From a bacterium (GTDB lineage: Bacteria; Patescibacteriota; Patescibacteriia; UBA2591; MWDC01), in assembly GCA_021158435.1 (NCBI GenBank), contig JAGGUQ010000005.1, positions 527 through 64,526 of the forward strand: a stretch of 64,000 nt of DNA, written 5' to 3'. Every line of letters begins with the position of its first letter. Within the stretch, counting starts at the first letter, position 1. A model generated the notes under the pieces. That model saw only the letters and a list, made by a program, of their open reading frames with translations. It was not told the origin of the DNA and did no database searches. The translations under genes were made by a program, and so were the position numbers. Below, piece by piece: positions 40,957-49,445 of this stretch.

Positions 40957-41358
40957 TTAAGAAATTTCAAAAAGAATTTCCCCTCCTATCTTCCTTTTTC
41001 TTGCTTGTTTATCGGTCATCAAACCTAAAGAAGTAGAAATAACTGCCATACCAAAACCATTAAGCACAGGCTTAATTTCTTTATAAGATTTATAAACTCT
41101 TCTCCCTGGACGGCTAATTCTCTTTATTTCCTTTATTACAGGCTCCCCTTCTGCACCGTATTTTAAAATCACTTCTATATCTTTAAATATTTTATTTTTC
41201 TTAGAATTAACCACCTTAACTTTTTTTATCCATCCTTGCTCTTCTAAGAGTTTTAGTATCTCATATTTTAGCTTTGAATAAGGCACTACTACTTTTTCTT
41301 TAGAAACCAAAGTAGCATTTCTTATCCGGGTTAACATGTCAGCAATAGGGTCAGTCAT
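40957..41358 (-). CDS. rpsH: 30S ribosomal protein S8
   Basis: MTDPIADMLTRIRNA N-terminus (track ORF extends 9 codons further upstream to 41385); directly follows rplE with no rpsN between. Confidence 0.9.
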   Translation of the reverse strand: MTDPIADMLTRIRNATLVSKEKVVVPYSKLKYEILKLLEEQGWIKKVKVVNSKKNKIFKDIEVILKYGAEGEPVIKEIKRISRPGRRVYKSYKEIKPVLNGFGMAVISTSLGLMTDKQARKRKIGGEILFEIS

Positions 41359-41388
41359 AATTTTATTAGAATATTCTACATACAACTA

Positions 41389-41985
41389 TTATTTATCTTG
41401 ATGACCTTTATTTTTCTTTTCTTTTTTAACATCCTCATTAAGCGTTTTAGAAAAGGGTACTCCTAATAGTTCTAAAAGTTTTATTCCTTCCTCTCTTGTC
41501 TTGGCAGTAGTTCTAATACTTATTCCTAATCCATGAACTAAATCAACTTTTTCTGGATCTACCTCAGGAAAAACCAACTGTTCTTTTAATCCAATTGATA
41601 AATTCCCGTCCTTATCTACAGATTTTAATGAAATTCCTCTAAAATCTTTTTTTCTAGGCAAAGTAGCAACAATCAATTTCTCTAAAAAATCATACATCCT
41701 TTTTCCTCTTAAGGTTACAAACATTCCCACTGGTATTCCTTGACGAATTTTAAATCCAGCAATTGATTTTTTTGCTAAAGCTTTAACTGGTTTTTGCCCA
41801 GTAATCAGCATCAAGCTTTTTTCTACTTTTTCAATATAACTTGCATCCTTTTCAGTTCTTGCCCGATTCAAACCAACATTAACAGTAATTGAATATAACT
41901 TAGGAACAGCTAAATTATTCTTATAGGAAAATATCTTTTTCATTTCAGGAATTACTTGCTTTTTGTACTTCTCTTCTAATCTCAT
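41389..41985 (-). CDS. rplE: 50S ribosomal protein L5
   Basis: 198 aa; conserved L5 core with C-terminal K/E extension. Confidence 0.9.
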   Translation of the reverse strand: MRLEEKYKKQVIPEMKKIFSYKNNLAVPKLYSITVNVGLNRARTEKDASYIEKVEKSLMLITGQKPVKALAKKSIAGFKIRQGIPVGMFVTLRGKRMYDFLEKLIVATLPRKKDFRGISLKSVDKDGNLSIGLKEQLVFPEVDPEKVDLVHGLGISIRTTAKTREEGIKLLELLGVPFSKTLNEDVKKEKKNKGHQDK

Positions 41986-42005
41986 AGAAATTAAACAGTA
42001 ATAAA

Positions 42006-42317
42006 TTAATCAATTATTTCTTTACATTTTCTACACCAACGCTTTTTTTTGCCATTAGGCAAAATTTTGTAGCCAACCCTAATTGGCTGATGACAACGAG
42101 GGCAAATCAACATAACATTAGAGCAAGGAATAGGACGAGCAATTTTTATAATCTGCCCTTTTTCCCCTTGTCTCTTTGGGCGAACGTGTTTGCTGACCAA
42201 ATTTAAACCCTCAACAACCACCTTACCTTGTTTTGGCAAGGCTCTGACTATTTTCCCTTTTTTACCTTTATCTTTTCCTTGAAGTATTATAACGTGATCG
42301 TTCTTTTTTATCTTCAT
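42006..42317 (-). CDS. rplX: 50S ribosomal protein L24 (with C-terminal Cys4 zinc-ribbon variant)
   Basis: 103 aa; KOW motif GKDKGKKGKIV; C-terminus CPRC..x20..CRKC. Confidence 0.9.
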   Translation of the reverse strand: MKIKKNDHVIILQGKDKGKKGKIVRALPKQGKVVVEGLNLVSKHVRPKRQGEKGQIIKIARPIPCSNVMLICPRCHQPIRVGYKILPNGKKKRWCRKCKEIID

Positions 42318-42326
42318 AAATATCTA

Positions 42327-42698
42327 TTAATAAACTTCTGGAGCTAGGGCAATAATTTTCAAATAACCTTTTTCTCTTAATTCACGAGCAACTGGCCCAA
42401 AAATACGATTTCCTTTTGGCTCTTTTGTTTCTTTGTTAATCAGAACTATAGCATTATCATCAAAGCGAATGTAAGTCCCATTCTTTCGTCTTGCTTCTTT
42501 TCTAACCCTAACCACAACTCCATGAGCAATGTCTCCTTTTTTAACACTAGTGTGAGGTATTGCTTTTTTTATAGCAACAGTCACTACATCACCTAAATAA
42601 GCATAACGCCTAAAAGAAGCACCTGGTATACGAATACACTGAGCCAACTTTGCTCCAGTATTATCAACAACATTTAACATTGTACCAACTTGAATCAT
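42327..42698 (-). CDS. rplN: 50S ribosomal protein L14
   Basis: 123 aa; [17 protein letters not shown]. Confidence 0.95.
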   Translation of the reverse strand: MIQVGTMLNVVDNTGAKLAQCIRIPGASFRRYAYLGDVVTVAIKKAIPHTSVKKGDIAHGVVVRVRKEARRKNGTYIRFDDNAIVLINKETKEPKGNRIFGPVARELREKGYLKIIALAPEVY

Positions 42699-42706
42699 AG
42701 TTTAAC

Positions 42707-42982
42707 TTATTGTTTTCTTTCTAAAATTTTTACTAAAGTCCACCTTTTTTGCGCTGACAAAGGACGACACTCTCTAAAAAGGACCTTATCGCCTACCTTG
42801 GTTTCATTTTTTTCATCATGAACTTTATATTTCTTTGTCACTTTATATCTTTTCTTATAAAGTGGATGCATTTTAAATCTAGCCACTGCAACGACTCTGG
42901 TTTTATCCATTTTGTCGCTAACTACAGTTCCTTCAAACATTCTCACTATTTTATTTTTTTTCTCTCCTGTTTTTTTACCCAT
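42707..42982 (-). CDS. rpsQ: 30S ribosomal protein S17
   Basis: 91 aa; OB-fold S17 pattern. Confidence 0.9.
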   Translation of the reverse strand: MGKKTGEKKNKIVRMFEGTVVSDKMDKTRVVAVARFKMHPLYKKRYKVTKKYKVHDEKNETKVGDKVLFRECRPLSAQKRWTLVKILERKQ

Positions 42983-42987
42983 AAATT

Positions 42988-43212
42988 TTATTCTTTTTTA
43001 GAAACCTCTTTATTATCAAAAAAATTTTTTGAAAGAGAAGAAAGAACTGTTAATATCCGAGCAATGTTTTTTCTGGTTTTTCTAATTTCTCGAACGTTTT
43101 TCAATTTTTTTAAAGCAGCATCAAACCTTAAACGAGAAAGCTTTTCTTTCTCTTCTCTTAATAATCTTAAGAGTTCTGTTTTTGACAAATTTTTCAACTC
43201 TTTTGCCTTCAT
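42988..43212 (-). CDS. rpmC: 50S ribosomal protein L29
   Basis: 74 aa; KELKNLSKTELLRLLREEKEKL. Confidence 0.85.
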   Translation of the reverse strand: MKAKELKNLSKTELLRLLREEKEKLSRLRFDAALKKLKNVREIRKTRKNIARILTVLSSLSKNFFDNKEVSKKE

Positions 43213-43215
43213 AAA

Positions 43216-43629
43216 CTAATCTCTTTTAATAAAAACAGTCTTTATTGGCAATTTATGAGCAGCTAATCTTAAGGCTTCTTTAGCTAACTCCTCTCTAACT
43301 CCGCCAATCTCAAAAAGAATCCTCCCTGGCTTAACAGGAAAAACCCAATGGTCAGTTGAACCCTTGCCTCCTCCCATTCTTGCCTCACCACTTCTAGCTG
43401 TTACTGGTTTATGAGGAAATATTCTTATCCAAACCTTGCCTCCTTTTTTTAAACAATGAGCTATTGTTCGACGAGCTGACTCAATTTGACGGGCAGTAAT
43501 CCAAGCTGTTCCTAAACTTTTTAATCCATAATCACCAAAGCTAAGCTCTGTCCCACCTTTGGATATTCCTTTTTTTCTTCTTTTCCCTTTAAATACTTTT
43601 CTATGTTTTGGTTTTTTTGGTTCCAACAT
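43216..43629 (-). CDS. rplP: 50S ribosomal protein L16
   Basis: 137 aa; [21 protein letters not shown]. Confidence 0.9.
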   Translation of the reverse strand: MLEPKKPKHRKVFKGKRRKKGISKGGTELSFGDYGLKSLGTAWITARQIESARRTIAHCLKKGGKVWIRIFPHKPVTARSGEARMGGGKGSTDHWVFPVKPGRILFEIGGVREELAKEALRLAAHKLPIKTVFIKRD

Positions 43630-43638
43630 AATTTTAAA

Positions 43639-44283
43639 TTATTTTTCCTCTTTTCTTACTGTCCCTTTATAAATCCAAACTTTTACTCCTACACACCCAT
43701 AAGTAGTAAAAGCAACTCCTTGAGCATAATCAATATCAGAATCTATAGTATGAAGAGGCATTTTCCCGTAAATCATTTTTTCAGAACGGGCAATTTCTAT
43801 CCCATCCAAACGTCCTTTTAAAATAATTTTCCCTCCTTTTGCTTTACTTTTGCTAATTCTATCAATAATTCTTTTCATTACTCGACGATAAGGAACCCTT
43901 TTTTCCAAAGCATTAACTGCTTCTTCTACTAAAACACCAGCTGAAAGTTCTGGCTGCTTTTCTTCAAAAACAGACAGTTCTAAAACTTGATTCTTATCAA
44001 TTAAACCTTCCAATTCTTTCTTTAAATTCTGGGCACCAACACCACCACGACCAATAACTAAACCTGGTTTAGCTGTGTAAATAAAAACTTTTATGTTGTT
44101 GCCTGTACGACTAATTTCAATATTAGAAACACCTGAACCTTTTAATCTCTTAGCAAGATAATCATAAATTAACTGATCTTCTTTAAGAAGTTTTGCATAA
44201 TCCTTCCCCAAAGCAAACCATTTTGATTGCCATTCTTTTACTTTGGGTATACGAAATATTTTTGGATGCACTTTCTGTCCCAT
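43639..44283 (-). CDS. rpsC: 30S ribosomal protein S3
   Basis: 214 aa; KH domain and S3 C-terminal domain. Confidence 0.95.
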   Translation of the reverse strand: MGQKVHPKIFRIPKVKEWQSKWFALGKDYAKLLKEDQLIYDYLAKRLKGSGVSNIEISRTGNNIKVFIYTAKPGLVIGRGGVGAQNLKKELEGLIDKNQVLELSVFEEKQPELSAGVLVEEAVNALEKRVPYRRVMKRIIDRISKSKAKGGKIILKGRLDGIEIARSEKMIYGKMPLHTIDSDIDYAQGVAFTTYGCVGVKVWIYKGTVRKEEK

Positions 44284-44288
44284 AATAA

Positions 44289-44903
44289 CTACTTTTTGTT
44301 ATTCTTTTCTGATAATTTATTTTTATCTTTCTTAAAAGGCAAAATATGAAAAGATTTCTTGTCTTTTTTCTTTTTTGAAGTGGGTTTCTTTTCTTCCTTC
44401 TTAATTTTTTCTTCTTTCTTTTCTTTTTTCTCTTCTAAGCCTTTTTCCTCTACTTTCTCTTTTTTCTGCTTTTCTTTTGCTTCTAATGCTTTATGCTCTT
44501 TTTCTTCCCCTTGGCTCTTTTTTAAAAAAGCCTCTTTTTCTTTACCAGCTAAAGGGGATAAAACAACTTCTAAATGGGAAGTTCTTCGACGAATAAGAAC
44601 AGATCTCCCCATTGCCCTTGGTCTCCACCTTTTTAACATTGGACCTGGGTTAGCTACTATCTTTTTTATAAAAAGAATTTCTGGATTTAAACTAAAATTA
44701 TGTTGAGCATTAGCTATAGCTGACTTAATTAATTTCTTTAATGGACGTGAAGCTTTTTTGTTAATATTTTCTAAATAATCCAATGCCCTGCCAACTTCCA
44801 TACCTTGAATCAAAGAAGTCAAAACCCTCACCTTTTTTGGTGACATTCTCAAATACCTTAACTTAGCTTTTACTTCTACTTGTTTGCTTTCTTGTTTATC
44901 CAT
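44289..44903 (-). CDS. rplV: 50S ribosomal protein L22 with ~85-aa K/E-rich C-terminal extension
   Basis: L22 core (residues ~10-118) then low-complexity KEKE tail to 204 aa. Confidence 0.9.
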   Translation of the reverse strand: MDKQESKQVEVKAKLRYLRMSPKKVRVLTSLIQGMEVGRALDYLENINKKASRPLKKLIKSAIANAQHNFSLNPEILFIKKIVANPGPMLKRWRPRAMGRSVLIRRRTSHLEVVLSPLAGKEKEAFLKKSQGEEKEHKALEAKEKQKKEKVEEKGLEEKKEKKEEKIKKEEKKPTSKKKKDKKSFHILPFKKDKNKLSEKNNKK

Positions 44904-44921
44904 AAAATCTTTTTACGATTA

Positions 44922-45224
44922 CTATGAAGAAGCTTTCTTTTTAGCCTCTTTTTCTAATCTTTCCTGCATTTTTCCTCCATGCTTAATAAACTTTCTAGTT
45001 GGGGCAAATTCTCCCAACTTATGGCCAATCATAGCCTCAGTAATTAAAACAGGAACATGGGTTTTACCATTATGAACTCCAATAGTAAAACCTACCATTT
45101 CTGGGACAATTGTTGAATCCCTAGACCATGTTTTAATAACAGTCTTATCTCCTGGTTTTAACCGGGAAATTTTTTTAAGTAATTTTGGATCTACCCAAAC
45201 CCCTTTTTTTAGCGACCGAGACAT
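44922..45224 (-). CDS. rpsS: 30S ribosomal protein S19
   Basis: 100 aa; [13 protein letters not shown]. Confidence 0.95.
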   Translation of the reverse strand: MSRSLKKGVWVDPKLLKKISRLKPGDKTVIKTWSRDSTIVPEMVGFTIGVHNGKTHVPVLITEAMIGHKLGEFAPTRKFIKHGGKMQERLEKEAKKKASS

Positions 45225-45258
45225 AATTTATTTCTTTATTTTAAATTATAAACAATTA

Positions 45259-46095
45259 TTATTTCTTTTTCTTTTTCTTTGCTCTCCTTTGAAGAATAAA
45301 TTTATTTGTCCACTTTTTTTTCTTTCTTGTTTTAACTCCTAAAGCTGGTTTGCCCCAAGGAGTTTTTGGATGCTTTAATCCAATAGGGCTATGACCTTCT
45401 CCCCCTCCATGTGGATGATCAACAGGATTCATTGCTTTTCCTCTTACTGAAGGACGAATTCCTAAATGTCTTATCCTTCCTGCTTTACCATATCTTACAT
45501 TTTTATTTTCTGGATTACTTACTGCACCAACTGTAGCCAAACATTCCTTGTTTATCTTTCTTCTTTCTCCTGAGGGCATTTTAACAATAGCATAATTACC
45601 CTCGATTCCTAAAATATAAGCAGCTGATCCAGCAGAACGAACCAATTTACCTCCTTTTAATGGTTCAAGTTCAAGGTTATGAATTGGCACACCATAGGGA
45701 ATATATTTTAAAGGCATTCTATTCCCTATCTTAGGCTCAATTTTTTTCAAAGATGAATAAATTTCTGTTTTTAAACCTATTTTATCTGGAGCTAAAATAT
45801 ACCTTTTTTCACCATCTTTGTAAACAACCAAAGCTATCCATGCTGTTCTATTTGGGTCATATTCCAAGCTTTCCACCCGTCCAGGGATATCAAATTTATT
45901 TTGATAAAAATCTACTTTTCGATAAAGCCTTTTTGCTCCACCTCCCCTATGCCTTACTGTAACTTTCCCTTGACTTCTCCCTTGTCTTTTTAATGACCCT
46001 TTTTTCAAAGATTTTGGAGCTTCAACAACAGGCTTTGGCGCTTCAACCACGCTTGCTTTACGACGAGATGGAGTTGTTGGTTTATAGTATTTCAT
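45259..46095 (-). CDS. rplB: 50S ribosomal protein L2
   Basis: MKYYKPTTPSRR start (ATG at 46095; track ORF starts 3 codons upstream at TTG); conserved L2 C-terminal blocks. Confidence 0.95.
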   Translation of the reverse strand: MKYYKPTTPSRRKASVVEAPKPVVEAPKSLKKGSLKRQGRSQGKVTVRHRGGGAKRLYRKVDFYQNKFDIPGRVESLEYDPNRTAWIALVVYKDGEKRYILAPDKIGLKTEIYSSLKKIEPKIGNRMPLKYIPYGVPIHNLELEPLKGGKLVRSAGSAAYILGIEGNYAIVKMPSGERRKINKECLATVGAVSNPENKNVRYGKAGRIRHLGIRPSVRGKAMNPVDHPHGGGEGHSPIGLKHPKTPWGKPALGVKTRKKKKWTNKFILQRRAKKKKKK

Positions 46096-46104
46096 TATAT
46101 CCAA

Positions 46105-47444
46105 AATTAACCTTTGTGAACTGCTCTACACCTAGCGGCGTAAAGCTTCCTGCTTCAAAGTCAAGGGTATTCCCTCAACTCCACAGGCGTTGATTCCCCT
46201 AGTCCCTAGGGTATTTAAAGCTAAATTAAGAATGTTTCTGGCTGCATTAATGTCTCTGTCTATTCTTAAACCGCACTTAGGACATTTATGTATTCTGGTG
46301 GCTAATGTTTTTTCAACAATATTTCCGCAACCAGAACATATTTGAGATGTATTCTTGGGATTAACTCCAATAGCCCATATACCAGCTTCCTCCGCTTTGT
46401 AGATAAGCATTTGGAGAAATCTTGCCCAAGAAGCATCAGCAATCGACCTTGAAAGATATTTATTCTTGCTCATGCCTTTGATATTTAATTGCTCAAAGGC
46501 AATGAATTGAAAGTTGCTTACTAATTTATGACTTAATTTGTGAAGAAAATCTAATCTTTGATTGGTAATTTTCTCATGCAATCTGGCTAACTTTATTCTT
46601 GATTTATTTCTGTTCTTGCTTTTTAGTTTTTTTCTAGAATGCCACCTTTGAACTCTAGCCAGTTTTTCTTCTGTTTCTTTTAAATATCTAGGATTATCTA
46701 TTTTCTCCTCTTTGTCAGTAGTAAGAAAGTTATCTAATCCCAGGTCAATCCCGAGTATATTTTTATCCTTGATGTTCTTGATATTTGGCTTAACTGGCAA
46801 TTCTTGATTAATTTCTACAGCAAAACAAGCAAACCATTTGTTAGTATTTGTTCTTCTGATGATTAGGGCTTTAATATTCCCCTTAATCTCTCGATGAAGT
46901 TTGATTTTAAGAGAACCTATTTTTGAGAGATTAAGCTTGTTATTTTTTAATTCAAAACCTGATTGGGGATAAACCATGCTATCATATCGATACTTTCCTT
47001 TAAATCTGGGATAACCTGGTTTTTGCTTTTTTCCATTTTTACTCTCTTCAACTCTTTTAAAGAAATTTTGAAAAGCTTTATCTAATCTCCTAATTACATC
47101 TTGAAGGGTTTGAGAGTAAACTTGGTTTAATTCTGGCCTTTCCTTTTTAAGTTTTGGTATTTCTTTTATCTGGTCATAGCAAGAAATCTTTGTTTTATCT
47201 TTTTCATAAGCATTTCTTCTTTGTTCTAAGCAATGATTGTAAAGCCACCTACAAAGACAAAGTTGTTTTTCAAGAAGAGTTTGTTGTGTCTTAGTTGGAT
47301 ATATTCTGTATTTGTAGGTTCTGATTAACATATTTGTTTTTGTTCCTTTAAGCTTATCTACAGTATAGCGGATTTTTCTTGTTTTTATGCCTCAGGTATA
47401 CATAACTATCATTTACTTGTCAAGAAACATTACAGGCTCTCATC
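46105..47444 (-). mobile_element. IS605-family (IS1341-like) element carrying solo tnpB, inserted between rplW and rplB
   Basis: Fills exactly the rplW-stop to rplB-start interval; GC-rich structured 3' end (candidate right end / omegaRNA scaffold) at 46105-46200; no tnpA in vicinity. Confidence 0.7.
46132..47331 (-). CDS. tnpB: IS200/IS605-family transposase accessory protein TnpB (RuvC-like RNA-guided nuclease family)
   Basis: 399 aa; N-terminal MLIRTYKYRIYPTKTQQTLLEKQL; C-terminal zinc finger CSGCG..x13..CPKCG and RuvC-III IDRDINAARNI. Confidence 0.85.
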   Translation of the reverse strand: MLIRTYKYRIYPTKTQQTLLEKQLCLCRWLYNHCLEQRRNAYEKDKTKISCYDQIKEIPKLKKERPELNQVYSQTLQDVIRRLDKAFQNFFKRVEESKNGKKQKPGYPRFKGKYRYDSMVYPQSGFELKNNKLNLSKIGSLKIKLHREIKGNIKALIIRRTNTNKWFACFAVEINQELPVKPNIKNIKDKNILGIDLGLDNFLTTDKEEKIDNPRYLKETEEKLARVQRWHSRKKLKSKNRNKSRIKLARLHEKITNQRLDFLHKLSHKLVSNFQFIAFEQLNIKGMSKNKYLSRSIADASWARFLQMLIYKAEEAGIWAIGVNPKNTSQICSGCGNIVEKTLATRIHKCPKCGLRIDRDINAARNILNLALNTLGTRGINACGVEGIPLTLKQEALRR

Positions 47445-47744
47445 TCATCCTTTATAAAAGTCTATTTTTTGTGTTTTTGGAATATAAACTAAAGCTTTTT
47501 TTCTCTTTTTTGTTCGACCAACGCTTCTTCCATATCTTACTGTTTTCCCTTTAAGATTAATAATCCTTATTTTCTCTGGCTGAACATTATACATTTTCTT
47601 TATTGCTTGCTTGATTAAAACTTTATTAGCCTGTGGGTGAACCCAAAAAGTATAAATATTATAATTCTGCAACTCTGTAGCTTTTTCAGTTACTACTGGT
47701 TCAATAATATACTCTGTTGGTTGTTTAGAAACTACTTTACTCAT
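47445..47744 (-). CDS. rplW: 50S ribosomal protein L23
   Basis: 99 aa; IIEPVVTEKA..YTFWV. Confidence 0.9.
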   Translation of the reverse strand: MSKVVSKQPTEYIIEPVVTEKATELQNYNIYTFWVHPQANKVLIKQAIKKMYNVQPEKIRIINLKGKTVRYGRSVGRTKKRKKALVYIPKTQKIDFYKG

Positions 47745-47745
47745 A

Positions 47746-48444
47746 TTATCCTAAATTAACCTTCTGTTTTTTTATTTTTTCACTTTTGTCTTGTTTCTTT
47801 TTCGAAGAAGCCAAAGGAGAATTTAACCTTTTTTCAATATCTTTAAAACCAAGAGAAGAAGACAACAAAAAATCAGCCCAAAGTATATCCTTTAAATTTA
47901 AGGTATCTGGGAAAAGGACTTTCAAATCAGCAATGTTTCTTAAAAAACGACCAAGCTTTTTTTCGCTTGGGTCCATAAAATAAATTATTTTCTTTCCTTG
48001 GCCAACAATTTTTAAAATAAAATTATAAAAATCCTTTGTTTTATTAAAATCAGGTGTTTCTAAGATAATTAATTTATTCTGCTCGATCTTGTCCTTCAAA
48101 GCTAAAGCCAAAGCCTTTTTTCTCATTTTTTTATTTATTTTCTGGGCAAAATTCCTTTGTTTTTGAGGACCAAAAACTACACCCCCTCCTTTCCACAAAG
48201 GACTACGAATAGACCCTGCTCTAGCTCGACCAGTTCCTTTTTGTCTCCATGGCTTTCTCCCACCGCCTTTTACTTCACCTCTTGTTTTAACATGAGCAAT
48301 AGGAGCCCTAGCATTAGCTAACATTCCCCTTAAAACAAAGGAAACCAAATCTTTGTCAGTCTTAGAATATACTGGTAAAATCTTAATTTTCTTTTTTTCT
48401 TTTTCCTCTGCCTTTTTATTGTAAACCTTTACTTCTAACTCCAT
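47746..48444 (-). CDS. rplD: 50S ribosomal protein L4
   Basis: 232 aa; GGGRKPWRQKGTGRARAGS. Confidence 0.9.
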   Translation of the reverse strand: MELEVKVYNKKAEEKEKKKIKILPVYSKTDKDLVSFVLRGMLANARAPIAHVKTRGEVKGGGRKPWRQKGTGRARAGSIRSPLWKGGGVVFGPQKQRNFAQKINKKMRKKALALALKDKIEQNKLIILETPDFNKTKDFYNFILKIVGQGKKIIYFMDPSEKKLGRFLRNIADLKVLFPDTLNLKDILWADFLLSSSLGFKDIEKRLNSPLASSKKKQDKSEKIKKQKVNLG

Positions 48445-48456
48445 ATCCTTTTATAA

Positions 48457-48900
48457 TTATTCCTTTGAAATTATTTCAACTTTGCTTTTCACAGCTCCAG
48501 GAACTGCTCCCTTAACTAAAACTAAGCCTTTTGCTTTATCAAATTCAACTACTTCTAAATTCTTTACAGTTACTCTTTTATTTCCCATACGACCAGGCAT
48601 TTTTTTCCCTTTCCAAACTCTCTGCGGGCCAGTAGCACCTATTGATCCTGGTTCACGATGAGCATGCTTTGTTCCATGGCTTGCCGGCGCACCATGAAAT
48701 CCATACCTCTTTACTACACCTTGAAATCCTTTACCTTTAGATATACCTCTTACATCTACCTTTTTGCCTTCCTCCAACCAGGACAAGTCAATATCTTCTT
48801 TATCTTTTATAATCTGTAATTTTGTCACAGGAATCACATAGTCTTCCCTAAAGACCTGTGACATACCAAGTTTGTAAGACAAAATTTTCGCCATAATCAA
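48457..48900 (-). CDS. rplC: 50S ribosomal protein L3, unusually short (147 aa)
   Basis: [40 protein letters not shown] core present; ~60 aa shorter than typical bacterial L3. Confidence 0.85.
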   Translation of the reverse strand: MIMAKILSYKLGMSQVFREDYVIPVTKLQIIKDKEDIDLSWLEEGKKVDVRGISKGKGFQGVVKRYGFHGAPASHGTKHAHREPGSIGATGPQRVWKGKKMPGRMGNKRVTVKNLEVVEFDKAKGLVLVKGAVPGAVKSKVEIISKE

Positions 48901-48920
48901 AAATCAGAAAAAATTTTTAC

Positions 48921-48949
48921 TCAAAAAACTGGGCAACCAAAGCCCAGTT
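48921..48949 (-). terminator. intrinsic-terminator-like hairpin (attenuator candidate) between rpsJ and rplC
   Basis: minus-strand aacugggc-uuugguu-gcccaguu (8-bp perfect stem) followed by uuuuuga. Confidence 0.4.
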
Positions 48950-48999
48950 CGCTCTTTAAGATTTGTTCTTAAAGTTATCCTGAGGCCCTCTTGGATTTT

Positions 49000-49359
49000 C
49001 TACATCTTTATTTCAATATTCACGCTACTTGGCAAGCGGAGATTTCTTAATACCTCTATTGTTTCTGGGGTAAAGTCAGTGACATCTACTAACCTTTTAT
49101 GAATCCTCATCTCGTATTGATCTCGAGAATCCTTATGAACAAAAGTAGATTTTAAGACTGTATAAACTTTTCTTTCTGTTGGCAGAAAAATCGGTCCGCT
49201 TGTTTTTGCTCCTGAACGCTCTAATGCTTCAATAATTGTCTTGAGAACCTCATCAATAACTCTGTGGTCATAAGAGCGAATCTTAATACGGATCTTTGGT
49301 TTATCAGCATTTTCTCCTCTTTTGGAGACTTTTTTAGTTTCTTTATTCACTGTAATCAT
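49000..49359 (-). CDS. rpsJ: 30S ribosomal protein S10
   Basis: 119 aa; KIRIKIRSYDHRVIDE.. Confidence 0.95.
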   Translation of the reverse strand: MITVNKETKKVSKRGENADKPKIRIKIRSYDHRVIDEVLKTIIEALERSGAKTSGPIFLPTERKVYTVLKSTFVHKDSRDQYEMRIHKRLVDVTDFTPETIEVLRNLRLPSSVNIEIKM

Positions 49360-49445
49360 TGTAAGAAATGAACAAGATTATACTCTACCACCTTGCTGTG
49401 GTGAAAACATTATAAGGGTTATAAAGTAATAAGCAGAATATTGCC

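Noticed and set aside
40957-41985. An S14 gene hidden in another frame between rplE and rpsH
   Set aside because: Only 3 nt separate the two genes, and no S14-like ORF (CxxC..CxxC or otherwise) appears in any frame of the interval or the track.
49360-49445. Hairpin ACCAC-cttgct-GTGGT in the tuf-rpsJ spacer as an S10-leader attenuator
   Set aside because: The stem is only 5 bp and no U-run follows on the coding strand. Too weak to call.
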